Source of the DNA: Gnetum montanum
Lineage: Eukaryota > Plantae > Gnetophyta
Reading direction: 5' to 3'
Assembly: GCA_015680685.1 (NCBI GenBank)
Contig: MNCI01001543.1
Location: 62,001-126,000, forward strand
DNA: 64,000 nucleotides
The notes under the pieces are model-generated. The model made no database searches. It was not told the origin of the DNA and saw only the letters and a program-made list of their open reading frames with translations. Positions 50,400 to 64,000 of this stretch are shown one piece after another; the first letter of the stretch is position 1, and each line of letters starts with the position of its first letter. The position numbers and the translations under genes are program-made.

Positions 50400-53300
50400 C
50401 ATTCTCACAGCTGCTTCCTAACCCATCGTGGGCTCGTCGATGCATATGGCTAAGAGGCTTTGTTATGATACTCCTCTATGTCACCATCTACCACCTAAAA
50501 GGGTAGCTTAGCCCATGTTGCTTCTTCATTTGGACTAGTTTTGACTTGTTCAAGCGTTTCATTTTGAACAGGGGTATGGTTTTCAGAGATTTTAATCTCT
50601 GAACCTTGCTCCATTCCTATGTTGTTTATGGCTGGGGGAGCCACTTCATTGCCATGAATTACCAATTCCCCTCTCACGTAGGGTAAGTGGATTTCCTGGT
50701 GTATTTATGAGAAAACAGCCCTTAATTGGGCCAACCATGATCTCCCCAGGATTAGGTTGAACCTAGGCATCTCCTCTACCACTATGAACACTACATTTGT
50801 GGGGAACTAGTCCCCTGTCACAAAGTTAATATGGAAAAATCATTTTACTAGCACACACACCCCATTAAAATATTTTAAGCAAGAAGTTGTCATGGGCTTG
50901 ATTTGATCGAACAAGTCCAATTTTTCCACTATTGAAAAGGGGATGACATTAGTAGTAGCCTCGTCATCAACGTGTACCCTTTGGATCTTGTACTGACTAA
51001 CCCGAATTGTGATGAGCATAGGTGCCGTTGTCACCTAACACTTTTTAGGGTCATCCTTAATGGACTCATCATGAAATGGTAACTAAATTGGCCATGGTTC
51101 CTCAACCGTAGAGTGGAGCATGATAGCATGGATTGCTTTCTCTTCAGCTAGTATGTTTTTTTCCACCAGGATAGACATTAATATGTAAACCATGGCCTCA
51201 CGGTGAGTAGTGGAAGTCATTACCAAGTCATACAAGCTCAAAGTTATATTTTTCTATTTCAGGGCCTGCTTAACCTGAGTAAGGGCATAGAGAAGATCAT
51301 GTCCACCATCTTGTTGTTTTCCATCATTTTCCTCCTCCATTCATCCTAAGAGACGAATCTCCCAAGGGGGGATAGTTTCAAGTTGAGAACTAGGCTTCCT
51401 CGGGTGAGAAGGTGACAATTGCGTCTATGTGGAATTATTAGTTGTTGATGATGAGGGGGCCATGGGCATTGAGGATAAGGGGGTAGGCTTGGGGGGACCT
51501 ACTTCAATTTGTTCCCTATCCATCTTGTCCACCAAATGCTCTTCCCATTTTTATGAATGGGGAGGTTATGGTGTCGTTTTCATTGCTTGGTTTTGTGTGG
51601 TAGAGGTGCTTAAATTTTTTGGCACCTTAATGATGAATGATTCTTGTGGTGCTGGCATGAGTGGTGGTGCAACTTTAAGCACAAAGGGTATAGGGATGGA
51701 TGTCTGAGGAGAAACTTTAAGAACAAACAATTGTTGTGATGTTGTGTTTTCTATTGTCAGGGTTGCTACATTATGATGAGGTGCATGCACCACAAATGGT
51801 TGCTGTGGTGGTTTTTCGTTGCTATCAATGCCAATGATGTTGATTGTGTACCCCACTTTATTGGAGTTTAGGGGATCCTTGTAAACATGCATTGACTACT
51901 TTTCAGGATGAACAGGACTACTTTCATCTAGGACTAGCTTGCCCTGATCGATCATGCACTGGATATCATCTTTTAATGCTAAATAATAGTCCATATCGTG
52001 ACCACACAATTGATGTAGCCACAGAACCATTCTAGCCTGAAGTTCTTAGGAATTGGTGGCTCATTGGACATGGCCAAAGAGGGGTTCCTAAGAAGTTCGC
52101 TGTAGCATTGATGCCATTTAATCACTTCCTCTAACATCCATTTATGCTATATATACCCAACTCTCAATAGTTGCTTCAGGAGTTCTGAAGGTTTAATGGG
52201 TAAAGGGGTGTATTTGGAATGATCCTTACACTCAAATTTGGACTTAGGCTGGGTTGATGCCTCAATTTCTGATGTTGAGGGCTGACTGACGTTACTTGAG
52301 CTAGATGTGGCGTTAGTGGGTGCTATGGCTACCTTTTTGTTGTTGCTATTGTTGGGCTTAGTCTCGTTGGCCACAGTAGCCACCGTGGTTGTTGTGGCCT
52401 TTTCCTTCTCTTTGTTTTTCTTGAGGTGTGTGTTTCTATATGTGACATAAGCTGGGTCTTTGCTAGCCTCAGCTGCATCCTGAATGCTCCTGGTCTGAGC
52501 AAAGGCTTGGCTAAGAGAGTGTTGAGCTAGGTAATAGAGTTTAGACTTAATAAAGTCGTTTACTACTCCCTTGAAGATAGCCAACAAGTGGGCCTAAGAG
52601 ATAGGCTCACATGTCTCATTCAAGGTGGTGCTCCACCATTGTATGAATCTTTGCACAGACTCCAACGTATCTTGCTTTAGGCTCATCAGCTAGTCCAATG
52701 TGACCCCCAATTTCAAGTTATACTTGAAGTAGGTAACGAACTGACTTAGCAGCTCTTCCAAAGTTGAGATGGAGGTGCATGGGAGTGCATGGTACTATTC
52801 TAGAGCTTTTCCTATCAATGACATGACAAAGATGCAGATGATAGTGTGGGGACATTGTTACAATAGTAGAGATTTAAATCTAAACATTACCAAATGTGCG
52901 TTGGGATCATCCTCCCTATTGTATTTTGTGAATTGGGGGAGTGGCACCCCAAGGGGTAACGTAAGCATGGGGATGGGCAGACTGATGGGATCATCATGGT
53001 AAAAATCCATGACTTGCACCATGTCAGAACCGATGGCTTTGAGGCATTTAATTTTCTCAATGAGGGTCTAGATAAGTTGAAAAGCTTGATCTAGACTTGG
53101 GGATGTTGTTGATGATTACGGGGCTACTTGAGCAGCCATCATTGGTGGTGTTGTAAGGGCAACGGCCAAAATCATGGGGGTTCCGTTGGGGCCACTCCTA
53201 CAAATGGTGTTGCCTAGGCAGTCCACCACCTAGTGGGTGGTGCTATTGGGGCTATGGCCACTAGTGGTGTTGTGGGGTTTGTAACTTGCCCAGTTGATGG

Positions 53301-54200
53301 GGCAGCCCATAGCCCTATGTTCAATTTTACTACATGTAGAAGCTAGTGCACTTGGGGTTGCACGTAGTGCAACATATAGAAGGTTGCGCAATAGGGAAAG
53401 AAGTACTTGGTGCCCACCATAAGGTTGAGACTGGGTTGGCTACTGGTGGTGGGATGAGTGTAGATGAGGAATCAGAAGCAGAAGCTCTATGAAGCTGTGA
53501 CATAGGGACAATGTGCACATATAGTAGCGTAGCCATGACCGATGCTTGGTATGATGGTAGGAAAAAGTGGGAAGAAAGGGTGACTGGGAAAGAAGTTGAA
53601 GGGCCCACCTATTGGTACATTGAATGTACGAGATGGCTACCCATAGTTCACAAAGGTGTGGGTTGTGGTTGGGTTGTGGTAACCATGAAGGGGGAAAAAG
53701 CAAGGAGCAGTTTTGACCGAAAGATAGTGGTGGGAGGGATAACCATAACGTAGGTCTAGCCACCACCTTCGGAGTGGGATTTTAGGTCTTCCTGTCCATC
53801 CTGGAATGCCTCATCGTAGTGGGATGTCGTATCCCACTCCCTGGACCTACTCACTTGTATCAGTTGGTGCAAGACCCATTAATACGATTCAGTCAATGGG
53901 ATGATGATGTTAGGGGTAGGGATGAATTGCCTCCCATTCTGGTGGAGGAACTCAAAGTTATGTTTAGCTTCAAGTTCCTAGCGATCCAAGGGTATATTTT
54001 CCTATATCTCTATGCAGAGGAAGTCATATTGCTCTGCATCTTGCACCAAGTGTTCAGGTGATAGATGTCGCAACCTAAAAGATTGACAAGGTGCTAGAAC
54101 TGGGTTGGGTACTCACTCAAGACTGGTCATGTTTTGGACCAAGTAGGGATCCTCGAAGTTTGAGGTGGTGGCAATAGTGGTTGTAGGAATCATCTTTTGT
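50400..54200 (-). pseudogene. gag: gag-protease of B
   Basis: HVDDEATTNVIP (50840-51034), LAIFKGVVNDFIKSKLYYL..HSKYTPLP (52147-52587), colinear with gag of C. Confidence 0.9.
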
Positions 54201-54527
54201 TGTAAGGTGGAAACTGTAAAAGAGAGAAAATGAAATAAAGTGCACTAGAGAGTTACGCCTACTATGCTAAGAAGGAGTGTTACACTAGAAGGTTTGCTAT
54301 GTTGCATGAGGTGCAGGTGGTATGAGGAAATAAATAGAGTAAACAAGGTAAGGTAAGCAATCGGTTGGAGGCTTTCATCCTACCAGGTTCCAGAGGAACC
54401 ATCGTTGCAACTAGTCTACATCACATGGTGCGTAGACAAGCATAAGGATGTCACGTCTACCCTAATAGGTGATCGGGTATAGACAGCATGTATGATTATC
54501 CATGATATGAGAAAAGGGCACCAAAGG

Positions 54528-54544
54528 CCCTCCTTCTAGTGCCA
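54528..54544 (-). promoter_or_regulatory. PBS of B (tRNA-Asn type)
   Basis: Minus strand TGGCACTAGAAGGAGGG, 6 nt from the LTR end. Confidence 0.88.
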
Positions 54545-54550
54545 AAAAAA

Positions 54551-56697
54551 TGTAGTGACCAAAAATGTCGATGGCTGGAACACCGAGAGGTTGCCGGGCA
54601 TATAGCCTAACCCTAAATTCGTGTGAGGGTCATGCTAGAGAAATGGAAATGGGGTACCTTGAATGGTCTAGTCGATCAAAAAAGAACTTAATCGGTGTAC
54701 AATAACCTTTTTCAAACATTCATCTTGAAGATACTAGATATAATTTTAACGATGATCGATAAACAAAAATAGATAGAAAATAATGCAAAATACGATAACA
54801 GCAAAATGAAATGAAATAAGCTTAGGTGAGCGAGTGCACCACCCCAAGATTGGGGATCTAACCTTTGTTTGGTTGGAAGGTGTACAAGTGGTGTGCAGCA
54901 TTAGAGAGGTACAACTTACAATAGAGTAGTATGATCATAGGTCCTTGAAATGTAGTCAATAGCTTGCCACCAAGAATCCTCTATTCACCAGCCTCTTTTC
55001 GAAGCCAATTTCCAGAAAGAAAAATGCCAAGAATACCAATCACAAGAAAGACAAAATGCTAAAGGAAGCCAACTAATGCCCAAAAGAGTTCTCCAAAAGC
55101 CAGCCAGAAGCCCAACCCTTGAATGTTGTTTGGATGCCACGTGTCCTGGGTCCCACAAAGTGTAGACTTGAATGTGCCATGTTGCTATGTAATGCTAGGT
55201 GTGAAAAATACTATGTTGTGACCATACCACTAAAATTGCACATGCCAGAATCCAATACACTACCAACAATGAAAGCAAAGTGGATCCTGTGCTCCAGGAC
55301 TACGTCTTTCCTACTCTTGTGAGCAAGGTCAAGCATAGGGACAACTTTGGGGATAGTTAGGGGGATTGCAAAACAATGAAAAGTTGCTGATTTTGTCCTT
55401 TGAAGATATGCCTAGACGAGAGTAAGCGTTTCCAACAAGTTCTAGAGCTAACTAAAGATGTATTTGGGGTTTCCACGTGAGTGTTACACTACTTATGCAT
55501 CCCAACATATTTGCATAGCATAAACACTCGCATGATATGCTATGCTACGCTACGTAGCCTAGCATGGCATAGCCACCAGCCTTGAGAGAAATGTTGCCTA
55601 ACAACCAAAAACACCTATTTGAGGCTTGGCTAGGCAAGCAACTGCAACCTTTTCTTTCATGCTGAAAAGCCTTTAGACCTGCTAAGTTCATCCTTGGGAT
55701 ACCTTGGTGTTTTGCATCCTCACTATGTTGTGCTATGCTATGTAGTGTAGCACAATGTAGAAGCCAATATGACATGCATTCTTGTCTGATCTGCAATGCT
55801 TTGTCAAGAAACCTTGCTCTGGGCCTAAGGGCTAAGTTGGATAGGCCATTTTGGAGGAAGAAGTATGGCCAAGTTCAATCATCTTGCTAGAGCCACTTGG
55901 CAAAGGGCCTCTGTGCATTCTGTCCTTGCTATGCTGTGCCAAGTTGCATAGCGTCGCACAATGTATCACCTTGTGTTGCTCGGATTTTGACTTATTTTGT
56001 AAAAATTTTATTACAAAATGTTGGTCATGTCCCAGCGTGTCAATGGAGCAAACCTGTTCAATGGTTGAAGCATGGGAAAATGTGCCTACTTCCTCAAAGC
56101 CATATGAGTAGGAGTATTGTCAAAGTGCATCCCTGTTATGTTGTGCTATGTTGTGTAGCATAACATAGCGTAGCACTTGAGTGAAGAGGATTTCTGATGA
56201 AATTTACCACATTTTTGCTATGTCGCGTTGTTCGTGCATCAAGGGTGAAGTGGCAGATTCTCTAGAGGGTTGATTCATCATCAATGTGCATCTTCGGTAC
56301 TTGTTCAATCTTCTCGAGGCCTACTACGCTATGCAGCGTATCGTAGGTAGCAAGTTCCTTCAGTTAGAAAACTTGTCGAACCATTTAGCTCATCCTGAAC
56401 ACTTTCAGCAACTCCTAACATGGTCTCTAGGTAGACCATTAGCCAAGTCAAGTGCCAAGCTGGGCAGGTTGGAGAGTTCAATAAGCCTGTCAGTCTTGGA
56501 GATAGAAAACTTGTCGGACTGTATGGTTTATCCCCAGTTCCTCTTTCTTGCAAATTGGCCTTGTGGTTAGGTGCCATACTGACTGTGCTATAGAGGGCAT
56601 TGTCTACACAATCCAGTGTGACATTAGACTTGTGGGAACCATTTTCCACATTTCGGGACTACTGAATCATGAGAGTTCCAAAATTCATGGTGTTTTA
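54551..56697 (-). repeat. 5' LTR of B (about 2.15 kb)
   Basis: Minus strand starts TAAAACACC and ends GGTCACTACA beside the PBS; matches 1-1153. Confidence 0.9.
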
Positions 56698-59600
56698 GGC
56701 AAAACTAGCTTCTCCTCCTCTCCCTCCTTTGGAATGATGATGGGAGAGGTACTTGCTACTGCCTCACCGAAAAAAGCATCTAGATCATCTATACTTGTAT
56801 TAGCAAGTCCTTCAATCATAGGTTTCTCTAAGAGTTCCTCTTCTGCACGCCTTTGTTCTACCTCCATAGTAGCTTGGGTTACTATAACTTGATGCTTATC
56901 TACAACCATAACACATAGAAAACTGGTTAAGACATGAAATGATAAAGTAGCCATAAAGTTTTAAAACATTAACTAGCCAAATTTAAACAAAGCATACATA
57001 AAACTATTTGTTGTGATGGCTTAAGCTTAAACTTAAACTTCTTCATGGTAGGCTGATCTAATGCTGGGGATGCCTCCTCCATAAGCCTCTTGAGTTTCTC
57101 CATAGCTACCCCTTTGGCCTCAATGCATCGTCATCTACCATCCTAGACATTAGGAAGAAATGAAAGGGGCTCATCATCATCAGTACTATTAGGAGACTCA
57201 TACTACTTAACATCGAGATCCTTAATGGTGATCGATAACATATCATCCATCCCTTCTGGTGAGTTTTGGGCCCACACTATTGGATAAATGTGCTTAATCC
57301 AAGGCCTAGAAAGTTGGCTTGGGTCTTGGGAAATCCATTGTCCATTCCTATGCACCACAAGAAACTCTGCAAAGCTCTTAAGATAACCTACAAAAAATGC
57401 AAGGTCCACATGGATTATCGTAGAGGTGTTGACATGGAGTCTAAGGATCTCCTTTCAAAGCCTAGAAGCCAAAGTAGCTACCTAATCAAATCTGATGTCC
57501 TCCATTAGGACCTTCTTAAAGGTCCTCTCCTATGCTAGGTCGATTACCATCTTTTGTTATATCAATCTAGAAAATGAATGAGACCTAAATAAAGGATATG
57601 ATTTCTTTGCATCAAGATTTGTGAAGTTATTCATCAAAATTTCATAGTGGCCCATGTTGGCACCAAACCACTCTAGAACTTCTTCATGATGATCTAATTC
57701 CCTTACTATCCTTGTGAATACCTTTTTCCCATTAGCAAGAACACCAAAAAATTCACAGAAAAGGCCAACACCTATGCCCATGTTCACCTTCACACTTCAA
57801 ATGATGGTGCTAAAATGACCAACCTTCTCATCAAAGGAGTCGATAACATGCAACATCTCCATAGTGGAAATGGAAGGGATAGGTGCCATGAATACATTAA
57901 GCAAACCCTCATGTTGGATGTTCACTTAAATGCATCTAGGTTCTTATCCCTTTAGCCACTCCTATGTTGATGTCACATCACCAAACTCAGGATGATGGTA
58001 TCCTCATGATGTGAATGTGAAAGTGGTATAGTGACATCAACTAAGATGCAAGGTCCTACAAAGCAAAACCAAAGGTTAGCATCAATATGAGCAATTTCAA
58101 CAACTAAGAAAAACAATAAAACTCTAGAGCCATAAAACACTATAAGCTATATGTTCACCTTTACTTTTCATCTATAGTGTGGGGGTTTCATCTACAAGAA
58201 TCTAATCAATGCTATCAGCATCCAACCACCAGTTGTGCATAGTCCTATCATCCTTTCGCTTTCTATATACAAAGTTAAACTTGGTGGTGTATTCATCAAA
58301 GTCCCCTCTTAATTTTTGATACATAATAGCTTTGATTTGAGGACTCTTGGTGAATTCATCGAAGGTAGTTTCAGCCACTACCAAGATTTGATAATTGATG
58401 ATCAAGGCCTAATCATTGACCTTATACTAGCAAGAAGTTGTAAAACCAATGAATTTAGGGAAGGTAATAAAACCAAAATCATAAAAGCATTACAATAACC
58501 ATCTTTACCCTAGTAGATGGTACACAGTGCTAAGATTTGGAATTATGTGTGGGCTTTATGCACCACCATCAGAGTATTGTTAGTATTATACTGACTATAC
58601 TCTAGCATCATCTAGATCTCTAAAAGGTAACATGGACCTATGGCATTTTCCAATCCCCCTACAACCTTAGGAAGTGGCCTATCAATAATATATCTAGCAA
58701 TCAGGTTGAATGCCTGAGGCAATAGGATCTCCATAACAACCCCAGCTACATCCGCAAACAAATGTGACCATAGCATCACACTAATGTTTCCAAGGAGGTA
58801 TGCAAGGAAGTCCCTTGCTCTAGCCTAGAACCACAATGAGAGCTTCCCAAAAGGCATTTCATGTGGTGGAGTGTTGGTCATAGGATGGCCAATATATCAC
58901 AAGATATCATCTAGCTCTACTATGATGAAGATAGGCCTCAAAAAAACCCTGCATGAAGCGAAACACAAAAAAACATTATGACCAATGGAAATTACTTAAC
59001 AAACTTGGGCAAAACATCTAGTCAAAGGTGAAATTAGCCTCTGTAAAAAATTATAAGGTGTTTATCTTAATCGGTCTAAGTAATTCCATAAGAAAATATT
59101 ATTACAACCTTGCATAACCTTTCATCAGGACTAATATGAATTTCTTAACAAATTTAGAGAAAACTTCCTAAGACAAAGGTGAAATTAGCCTATCTAAAAG
59201 CATTATTACCATATTTTATAGCCTTCATAGCCAAAATTTCATAGTCCAAAACTATGTCTTAGTCTAAATTATGCATAAATTTAGATAAAGCATCTAAATT
59301 ATGCATAAATATGGAAAACGTAAACATAAGCTTAGGAAAAAATATCTAAATCATGAAAAGCATGCATAAATTTAGAAAAAATAATCTAAGCTATGCACAA
59401 ATTTAGAAAAAGCATGATAAACTTAGAAGAAGCCATGCAGGCATAGTAAAAGCTTATTTAAAATAGAAAAAGCTTTTACTCTTCTTGAAAAAGAAAAATT
59501 AAGCATTGATTTTACATATTTACAAAATAAAAACATAAGTTATACATATTAACCACTTCTATGTTCAAATGGGTAATGTACTACAACCGTGAGTTTTTCC

Positions 59601-60617
59601 TTGATTCATATAGCCATAGCAAAAAATTCATAAAAAATCATTTTAGCTCCAAATGGAGTGATTCCAACACTATTTGAAAGCTTAAGTCAAGACCTACATA
59701 TACATGCTTAGAAAAAATTCAAAACCTTTGGCGTTAATGGAAAAAAATTCATCAATTTGGACAATAGTTTGAAAATGGCACAAACATCCTTATTATAGAT
59801 GCTTAGTAAAAGATTCATAAAAAATTCATTTTAAATCCAATAAAAGTTATTCCACCTCTATTGGAAAGCTAAAGCTAAGGCCTACCCAACCATGACCAAA
59901 AAATAGCCAAAAATTTTGCCGTTCCTTTAGGAAAAAATTGTAAAATTACATAAAATTACAAAAGCAGCACAAACAAGGTAACTACGCAACATTAGGAAGA
60001 CATCTATAACTTCATTTCAAGGTCAAATTAAATGAGACAATAGGCATCAAAAAGCTTTAAAAAAGGATTATAAACCCATAACCTTTAATTTTAGAAATTT
60101 ATAGCTATTCTACCATGAAAAAAATATACAACATTGATTACTTTTTTATATCAAAACTTCAAAAATCTCAAAAACTAGATTTCATATAGCTGTGGAAATA
60201 TTTGAAGTAGTCAAAATCATTAAAACCTACTAAAATTCATGCCAAAATAATGGTGTAGGATTTTGTTAAAATTTAATTTTAACAAATCCTAAGGGCTAGA
60301 TCTAAAAAGTATAGCCATACCCCAAAATTTTGGGAAAAAGATATGAAACAACAAGTTCTATTTTTAAAATTGAATTTGCAAAAGCTAAAGGAAAAAATAG
60401 CTAGATCTAAAAAACACCACTAACACATATGAAGCAAAAAACTAGAAAAACCACAATAAATAAAGGCAAACATAGCTAGAACTGCCTACCTTAGAGTAGT
60501 AACAGAAGAAGCATGGATGGAGATGGGCCTGGGAACTTCTTCTAACTCCTAAGCATGCTCATCTATCCTCTGTATGATATGATTTTTGCTCTTTTCCCTT
60601 TGCTACTTGGATGTCAT
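56698..60617 (-). pseudogene. Fourth homolog of the accessory gene (element D), exons 1-5, interrupted by B
   Basis: E1 60617-60490 (phase 2, AG|GTAGGC). E2 58948-58509 (LRPIFIIVELDDIL..ARDFLAYLLGNISVMLWSH..YNTNNTLM). E3 about 58427-58159, E4 about 58054-57000 (FFVGYLKSFAEFLVV..LSRPWI), E5 from about 56899. Confidence 0.78.
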
Positions 60618-61639
60618 GGCAAGTTCAATGTTGAGGATGATGGGGAATAAGAGAAGATAGGAGTTCTACACTAGCTATACAGGAGATGGGAGGCTTCCAC
60701 ACTAGGAATTGGTTATGGCTTGCCTAAGAACCTCTATCAAATCTCTTTTCCAATGTGTGGTTTCTATAGAGTGATAGTTGTGATCAAAACTTGCAAAATT
60801 TTACATATAATACCCATCTAAAACATAAATGCACACCTTGAAACCTCGACTTCTAACATAGTGCACCATAACTACAAGTGCACTGAAGTGCAAGGGGGGG
60901 AATTTTGGTTCATGTTGGTTTTGGATGGGAAAAAACTTCACTTTTCAAAATTTTAAATTTTTGGATTGTGGGCCCCAGTTTTTTCCTTCAACTTTTGACC
61001 AAAACTTGCATCAATGCTAAGATTTTTACCAACTATGACATGTAAAATATTATGGAAACCTTAACCCCATGCATCCATATTGGGAATACCATGCCTAGCA
61101 TGGAAACATGCCTTATATTTTATAAATTCATTAAAATTATGAATATTTTTCTATTTTATGTAACCCAAACCTCCTATGTTCAACCCTTGGTCTCCAAAAG
61201 TCGATAAGACATTATCAAGGCTAAACACCATGGATTTCCATGCTGAGGATAGTAATCCCTAACATGAAAGAAGGGGATTAACACTCACTCTTGCCTCCCA
61301 ACATTCATCTAGCATAATTTTTATCCCAAAGTGGGCCCCAAATGATCTACAATCCCTCCATGCATTTTTGGTAGCCTTAGAATCCCACCAGACCTAGTCA
61401 AAACTAGTCAAAATCTAGGATTTGGTGTTTTCCACAATGGGAGAACCTTCTTCCACACTGAGCCTCTTACAATCAATGTGGATAGATGGGGGAAGTAAAA
61501 AAGTAACCAAAATTGGTGACCTAATGGCCATTTCTCGATGCTTAGTGATTCCTAGACCTTGTTGGAATTCTCTAGAGCTTCCAAAAGCCCTAAATTTGGT
61601 CAAATATCACAAAAAAACTATCATCCTTCTTTCATCCAT

Positions 61640-63780
61640 GTTGAGGTTACCATTCCCAACATGGAAGAAAAGGGGGAGATTGCATGAGGCACTTAGAAGC
61701 CTCCAGATTATCAAATCTTAAACCATTTACACTGGCAACCCTAGAGGTTGACATGCATGGTTGATTAGCTGTCGATTTGGCTTAGATCTAACTTTCTTGA
61801 TTGGGGGAGATGTATTCCACACTAATCCTTCCACCCTCAATCTGAAAGAAATGGGAAAAATCTAAAAACCCTGTGAGAGCCTCCAAAATAACAAGATCTT
61901 GACCTTAGACACTGATGGCCAACACCAACAACCTTGTAAACACATTCATAGCCAGATTGACCATAAAAAGATAAAAAACCCTTCCCACTTAATTTTCCAC
62001 ATTGGGCATGGAAGCCCCAATTTGTAAAATTTTTGGGAAGCCCAAAAAATTACCTACTAGCCCTTGAAATAACCAAATTTCAACATTATATGGCAACAAT
62101 CAACGCTAGCAACCTTAAGAGCCTACATGCATAACTGAAAGTGAGAAAAAATGGCCAAAAAGCTTTCCCCTTAATTTTCAATGCTAATCATGGAAGCCCC
62201 AACATGGAAAAAGGAGTGGAAGCCCAAAAATTACCTAGTGATCCTTAAAAAAACCAAATTTTAACATCAAGTTGCAATAGTCGATACCAACAATCTGAGA
62301 AGCCTACATGCATAACTGAAAGTTACCAAAAATGATCAAACATCTTTCCTCCAAATTTTCCATGCTAAGAATGAAAGCCCCAGAATGGAAGAATTGGAAG
62401 AATGCCAAAAACTGCCTGGTGACCCTTGAAACAACCAAATTTTGACATCAAGAAGGATCAATTAATTCCAACAACCTTGTAAGCCTGCATGCATAACCAA
62501 AAGTGACAAAAAATGATTAAAAAGCTTTCCCCCCAATTTTACAAGCTAAGCATGGAATCCCCAACCTAGAAAATTTTTGGGAAGCACAAAATCCAATCAT
62601 CAACCTTCAAAACAACAAGCTTTTAACACCATGCATTGACCATCATCACTAATAACCTCAAGGACATACTTGCATGATAAAAAATGATGCAAAAGTATGG
62701 AAATCTATTTTTCCCCCAATTTTCCATATTCAACATACTATCCCTAGTGTGAAAAATATGGGGAATCTCAAAAACCTCTTCGAAAACCTATAAACTAAGT
62801 AGTTTTATGTCTAAATCCCAGTCTTCAACCTCAGCAGCCCTGAAGGCTAACATGCATGGTCAATTGAAGTTAAAATTGGACTAGATATATGTTTTATGAT
62901 GTCTCCATGTTAGGTATTCTCCCTTGCATGTTTCTCATTGTGTAAATTAATGAGGATACCCATTTTGGATCCATAAAAACCTTAGAAAAACATTAATTGG
63001 ACTTGCATGTGCTCTAGGACCCTGCCAACATCATTTGGAGCTTTCAAACTTCAAGAAACTAATGCTAGGAGGTCAAAAATTTATTTTCCTTAGTTTCCCA
63101 TGGTAAGCATCCTAGTCCTAGCATGGAAAAAGGGGGGGAAGCCCAAAAAATTCTTAGAAATACTCAAAATTACTAGAACTTGACATCAAACCCTAATCCT
63201 CAACCTCGATAACCCTAGAGGCTAACATGCATAGTTGATTGAGATTAAAATTGGTCTAGATCTAAGTTGCATGATTCTTCTACACTAGGGATCGCCTTTT
63301 CCATGTTGAGGATGGTATCCCTAGTATAGAAACTCAAGGGAGAACTTGTTTGATGCTCCTAAACACTTCATAATGACATTAAATGACCATTCATACACTC
63401 TAGAACCATGGCAGTAGCCATTGGAGACCTTAGAATTCACAAAATTGATCCCATATAGTCAAAAATCATTTCCCATTTTATTCCATATTGAGCTCTCTAT
63501 CCCTAATGTGGAAGTAGGGGGAAAGCCAAAAAACCACTTAGGGATGCTCAAAATTACTAGCTTTTGATATGGATCCATAGCCCTTGACCCTAGCAACTCT
63601 GAAGGTAACATGCATGGTTGATTATGACCTGAATTGGCCTATATCTAGGATTCTTGCTTCTTCCACATTTGAGTAACTTCCCTATCATGGAAACAAAGAG
63701 TGAAAGTTGTGTTTCCACTTTTGGAGGCAAGATGACATCCCCAAAAGCCAAAGATCTACGCTAGAAAAGCCCAAGACTTG
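61640..63780. repeat. Degenerate ~180-190 bp tandem array (about 11 units)
   Basis: AAGCCCAAAAA-type landmark near 62039, 62221, 62401, 62582, 62762, 63139 and 63523, each with CATGCATAAC/CATGCATGG and TTTCCATG motifs. Confidence 0.8.
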
Positions 63781-63860
63781 ATAGCCTTAAGATTTTGCTT
63801 TTTTGACCTAATTTCAACCTCTAAAATCCATTCCCCTCATTCTTCCATGTTGGATTAACA

Positions 63861-63894
63861 CCCCCCCCCCCCCCCCCCCCCCCGCCCCCCCNCC
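63861..63894. repeat. Poly(C) tract
   Basis: About 32 C with one G and one N. Confidence 0.9.
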
Positions 63895-64000
63895 ACTTCT
63901 TTAACAATTTTTGACATTATTATTATCTTGAATTTTTTTTTTACATGTTAAAGCCCCTTTTCTCAATGTTGGTCACCATGGAAACAAGGGTGAAATGCTT

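Larger units (their letters stand above)
1..56697 (-). mobile_element. Element B: Tat-lineage Ty3/gypsy LTR retrotransposon, minus strand, 3' end runs off the window; carries nested elements A and C
   Basis: 1-1153 aligns with about 55545-56697 (LTR pair). PBS at 54528-54544, PPT at 1154-1170, gag-PR remnants 50400-54200 (-), RT-RH-aRH-INT remnants 2863-6311 (-). Confidence 0.9.

Noticed and set aside
55540-56690. Short ORFs in LTRs of B (e.g. 299-514, 55851-56163, 56329-56649)
   Set aside because: Similar peptides at both ends only reflect the LTR duplication; the frames are broken differently and have no recognisable motifs.

Overview
Plant-type repetitive DNA made almost entirely of nested, degenerate Ty3/gypsy LTR retrotransposons of the Tat lineage. 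They have the domain order gag-PR ... RT-RH-archaeal RH-INT, a tRNA-Asn-type PBS and LTRs beginning TGAAACACC. No host gene, RNA gene or CRISPR array is supported. Element B (minus strand, from before 1 to 56697) contains two complete plus-strand elements: A (7820-27165) and C (28386-46918, TSD AAGTG). B itself sits in a fourth, partial element D (56698 onward). The main unexplained structure is that in A, B and C the polyprotein is split between protease and RT by about 5.5-6.5 kb. That gap holds an antisense gene of about 8 exons with conserved intron positions and phases; D shows its first five exons. The predicted protein has an N-terminal FCP1/SCP (NIF)-like HAD phosphatase fold with degenerate catalytic motifs, a central transposon-associated domain, an acidic tract and a coiled-coil-like C-terminus. 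The RT-INT frame restarts head-to-head with this gene, behind a conserved splice acceptor plus ATG. Arrays with a TAAACT core sit after PR, before RT and after INT in all three elements. All copies are pseudogenised, mostly by C-to-T/G-to-A changes. Domain names come from motif recognition by eye; no database search was run.
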